Shown: in pieces, positions 18,465 to 20,000 of the stretch
How positions within the stretch are numbered: position 1 is the stretch's first letter
How the letters are laid out: each line of letters begins with the position of its first letter
From: Trichomonas gallinae
Lineage: Eukaryota
DNA length: 20,000 nucleotides
NCBI GenBank assembly: GCA_008369845.1
Contig: MRSU01004894.1
Coordinates: 51,866 to 71,865 of the forward strand
Reading direction: 5' to 3'
The notes under the pieces: generated by a model
Seen by the model: only the letters and a program-made list of their open reading frames with translations
What the model was told of the DNA's origin: nothing
Database searches by the model: none
Program-made: the position numbers and the translations under genes

Positions 18465-19560
18465 TATAGATTTTTCATTTCCTATTAATATAAACGAGCG
18501 TTAACTTGATATATGAGTTCTATACAACTTTGTTATTACTAAAACATCTGAACACAAATAAAAATTAGCATAGGACAATATTTCTGATCTTCATTTCTTA
18601 CAATAGCATTTTATGAGTATAACGGTATTTGAACAGTTATAGATATAGACATTATAAGACATATATTATGGTTTCGCAGCATAACTTTAGAGTTTTTGAG
18701 AATTTTTTTTATCTTTTCATACAGTAACCGGATTATCCGATTTAAATAACTAACAAATTCCTATTTATGACACTGGCAATACATTCTGATGAATCCTATT
18801 AATCAAAACGACAATTTAATCTCCGAGTTCCTTCTTTTAATATTGGACTATAGAAATTTCATTTTTGAGATATATTGACGATATTAAATATGATTTTGTT
18901 GTTGCCAAATCAAAAAAACTGAATATGAAGTCAGAGGACTTTTTGAATGAGGACATAGTTATATTCAGAGCCAATCTATAGCATATTTATAATTTACAAC
19001 ATGAATATAATTTTAAGTTGGGGAAATAACATGAAAATATTGTATTTTTCATTTATGAAATATATTTTTAGAATTGAAAATCAAAATTAATGTATTTTAT
19101 TCATGTAAACGCATACATCGTTAGATACTTCGCAGTTTAAGTTAATCGATATGTATATTAAGTATAATTCGAAACAAGAATGTGTAATTAGGATTATATA
19201 ACTATAGTTTATCAAGAGAATTTCAGTTGTAGCATGTTGTCATGTTATAACTATGACAAGATTACCTATTTGGCAATTCGATGCAAATTAGCATCAAATC
19301 TTTTACTCTGTCTCATGGGTTTAGCTAGTTCTCGGCACAAAACACATAGAATCAATGAAACCTTGATATCCACAATAATGCGATATCATTTGGACTAATA
19401 TTTTCAATTTTTCAGAATATTAATGCGAAATTTGATTTTCATACCAAAAATTATAATCAAAAAGGTCAACAGAATGCAATTATCCAACACAAACTTTGCA
19501 AATCATGCAAGAATTTTTTTGATGTGATGTTATAGTCACTTTTCGAGTCATAAAATGTTT

Positions 19561-19851
19561 GTCACTTTTCGAATATTAAAAAACTTCTTGAAATATAAGA
19601 CTTAAACGAATTTTGAATAGATAAATAGCATTTCCATATCATAGATAGTCAATATTTTGATTGTTAAGAAGAAACAATATATGGAATCTCCCCTTGATAC
19701 TTATAAAATTTCGTCACTTTTTAATCATCAAAAAATTTCAAGAAATACTAGACTTAAAAGAATTTTGAAGCAATAAATAGAATTATTACATCATACATAG
19801 TCTATATCTTGAGTTATAGGAGGAAACAAAAAATGGAATCTCCCCCTGATA
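19561..19851. repeat. Two-copy 152-bp tandem duplication upstream of RPL32
   Basis: GTCACTTTT at 19561 and 19713. AGACTTAAA.GAATTTTGAA and ATCATA.ATAGTC are present in both copies. ATGGAATCTCCCC.TGATA at 19681 and 19833. A third GTCACTTTTCGA lies at ~19535. Confidence 0.9.
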
Positions 19852-19861
19852 TTTTTTGAAG

Positions 19862-19882
19862 GACGGTTTTGGTCGACCCTTT
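19862..19882 (+). promoter_or_regulatory. M3 (GACGGTTT) + M5 (CCTTT) core promoter
   Basis: GACGGTTT at 19862-19869 and CCTTT at 19878-19882, 5 nt before the ATG. This is the Inr-independent promoter arrangement known for T. vaginalis ribosomal protein genes. Confidence 0.8.
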
Positions 19883-19887
19883 TTTAC

Positions 19888-20000
19888 ATGCCTGCACCAG
19901 CTGCTCACAAGCCAATCGTTCACAAGAAGACAAATAAGTTCCACCGCCATCAGTCCGACCTTTGGGTTCGCGTCCCATCCTCATGGCGCCGCCCACACGG
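19888..20000 (+). CDS. RPL32: 60S ribosomal protein L32 (eL32), 5' part (runs off the right edge)
   Basis: Manual translation gives MPAPAAHKPIVHKKTNKFHRHQSDLWVRVPSSWRRPHG, matching the eL32 pattern IVKK.T.KF.RHQSD......WR.P.G. GC-rich codons. Not in the ORF track. Confidence 0.95.
   Translation, partial: MPAPAAHKPIVHKKTNKFHRHQSDLWVRVPSSWRRPH

Noticed and set aside
19814..19996. 60-aa minus-strand ORF
   Set aside because: Antisense to the clearly recognisable RPL32 start and its promoter.

Overview
AT-rich, intron-free, gene-dense eukaryotic DNA, most consistent with a parabasalid such as Trichomonas vaginalis. The organism is inferred from Inr-like TCACT/TCATT motifs, an M3+M5 core promoter on a ribosomal protein gene, and gene style. 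In order, the window holds: a partial bromodomain gene (absent from the ORF track), a Sey1/RHD3 ER-fusion GTPase, a disordered Ser/Thr/Glu-rich protein, a candidate ~140-nt structured ncRNA preceded by a motif array, a UBXN11-like SEP protein lacking UBX, a transposase-like double-HTH protein head-to-head with a coiled-coil protein, an RNASEK/V-ATPase subunit f-like membrane protein, a Cdc14-like probable pseudophosphatase, Erv46/ERGIC3 head-to-head with calnexin, an R2R3 Myb factor, and the start of RPL32 (also absent from the track). Intergenic DNA carries several degenerate 100-150 bp tandem duplications and possible gene remnants. The best candidate for something undescribed is the H/ACA-like ncRNA locus at ~6017-6380. 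All homology calls are from motif recognition by eye; no searches were run.
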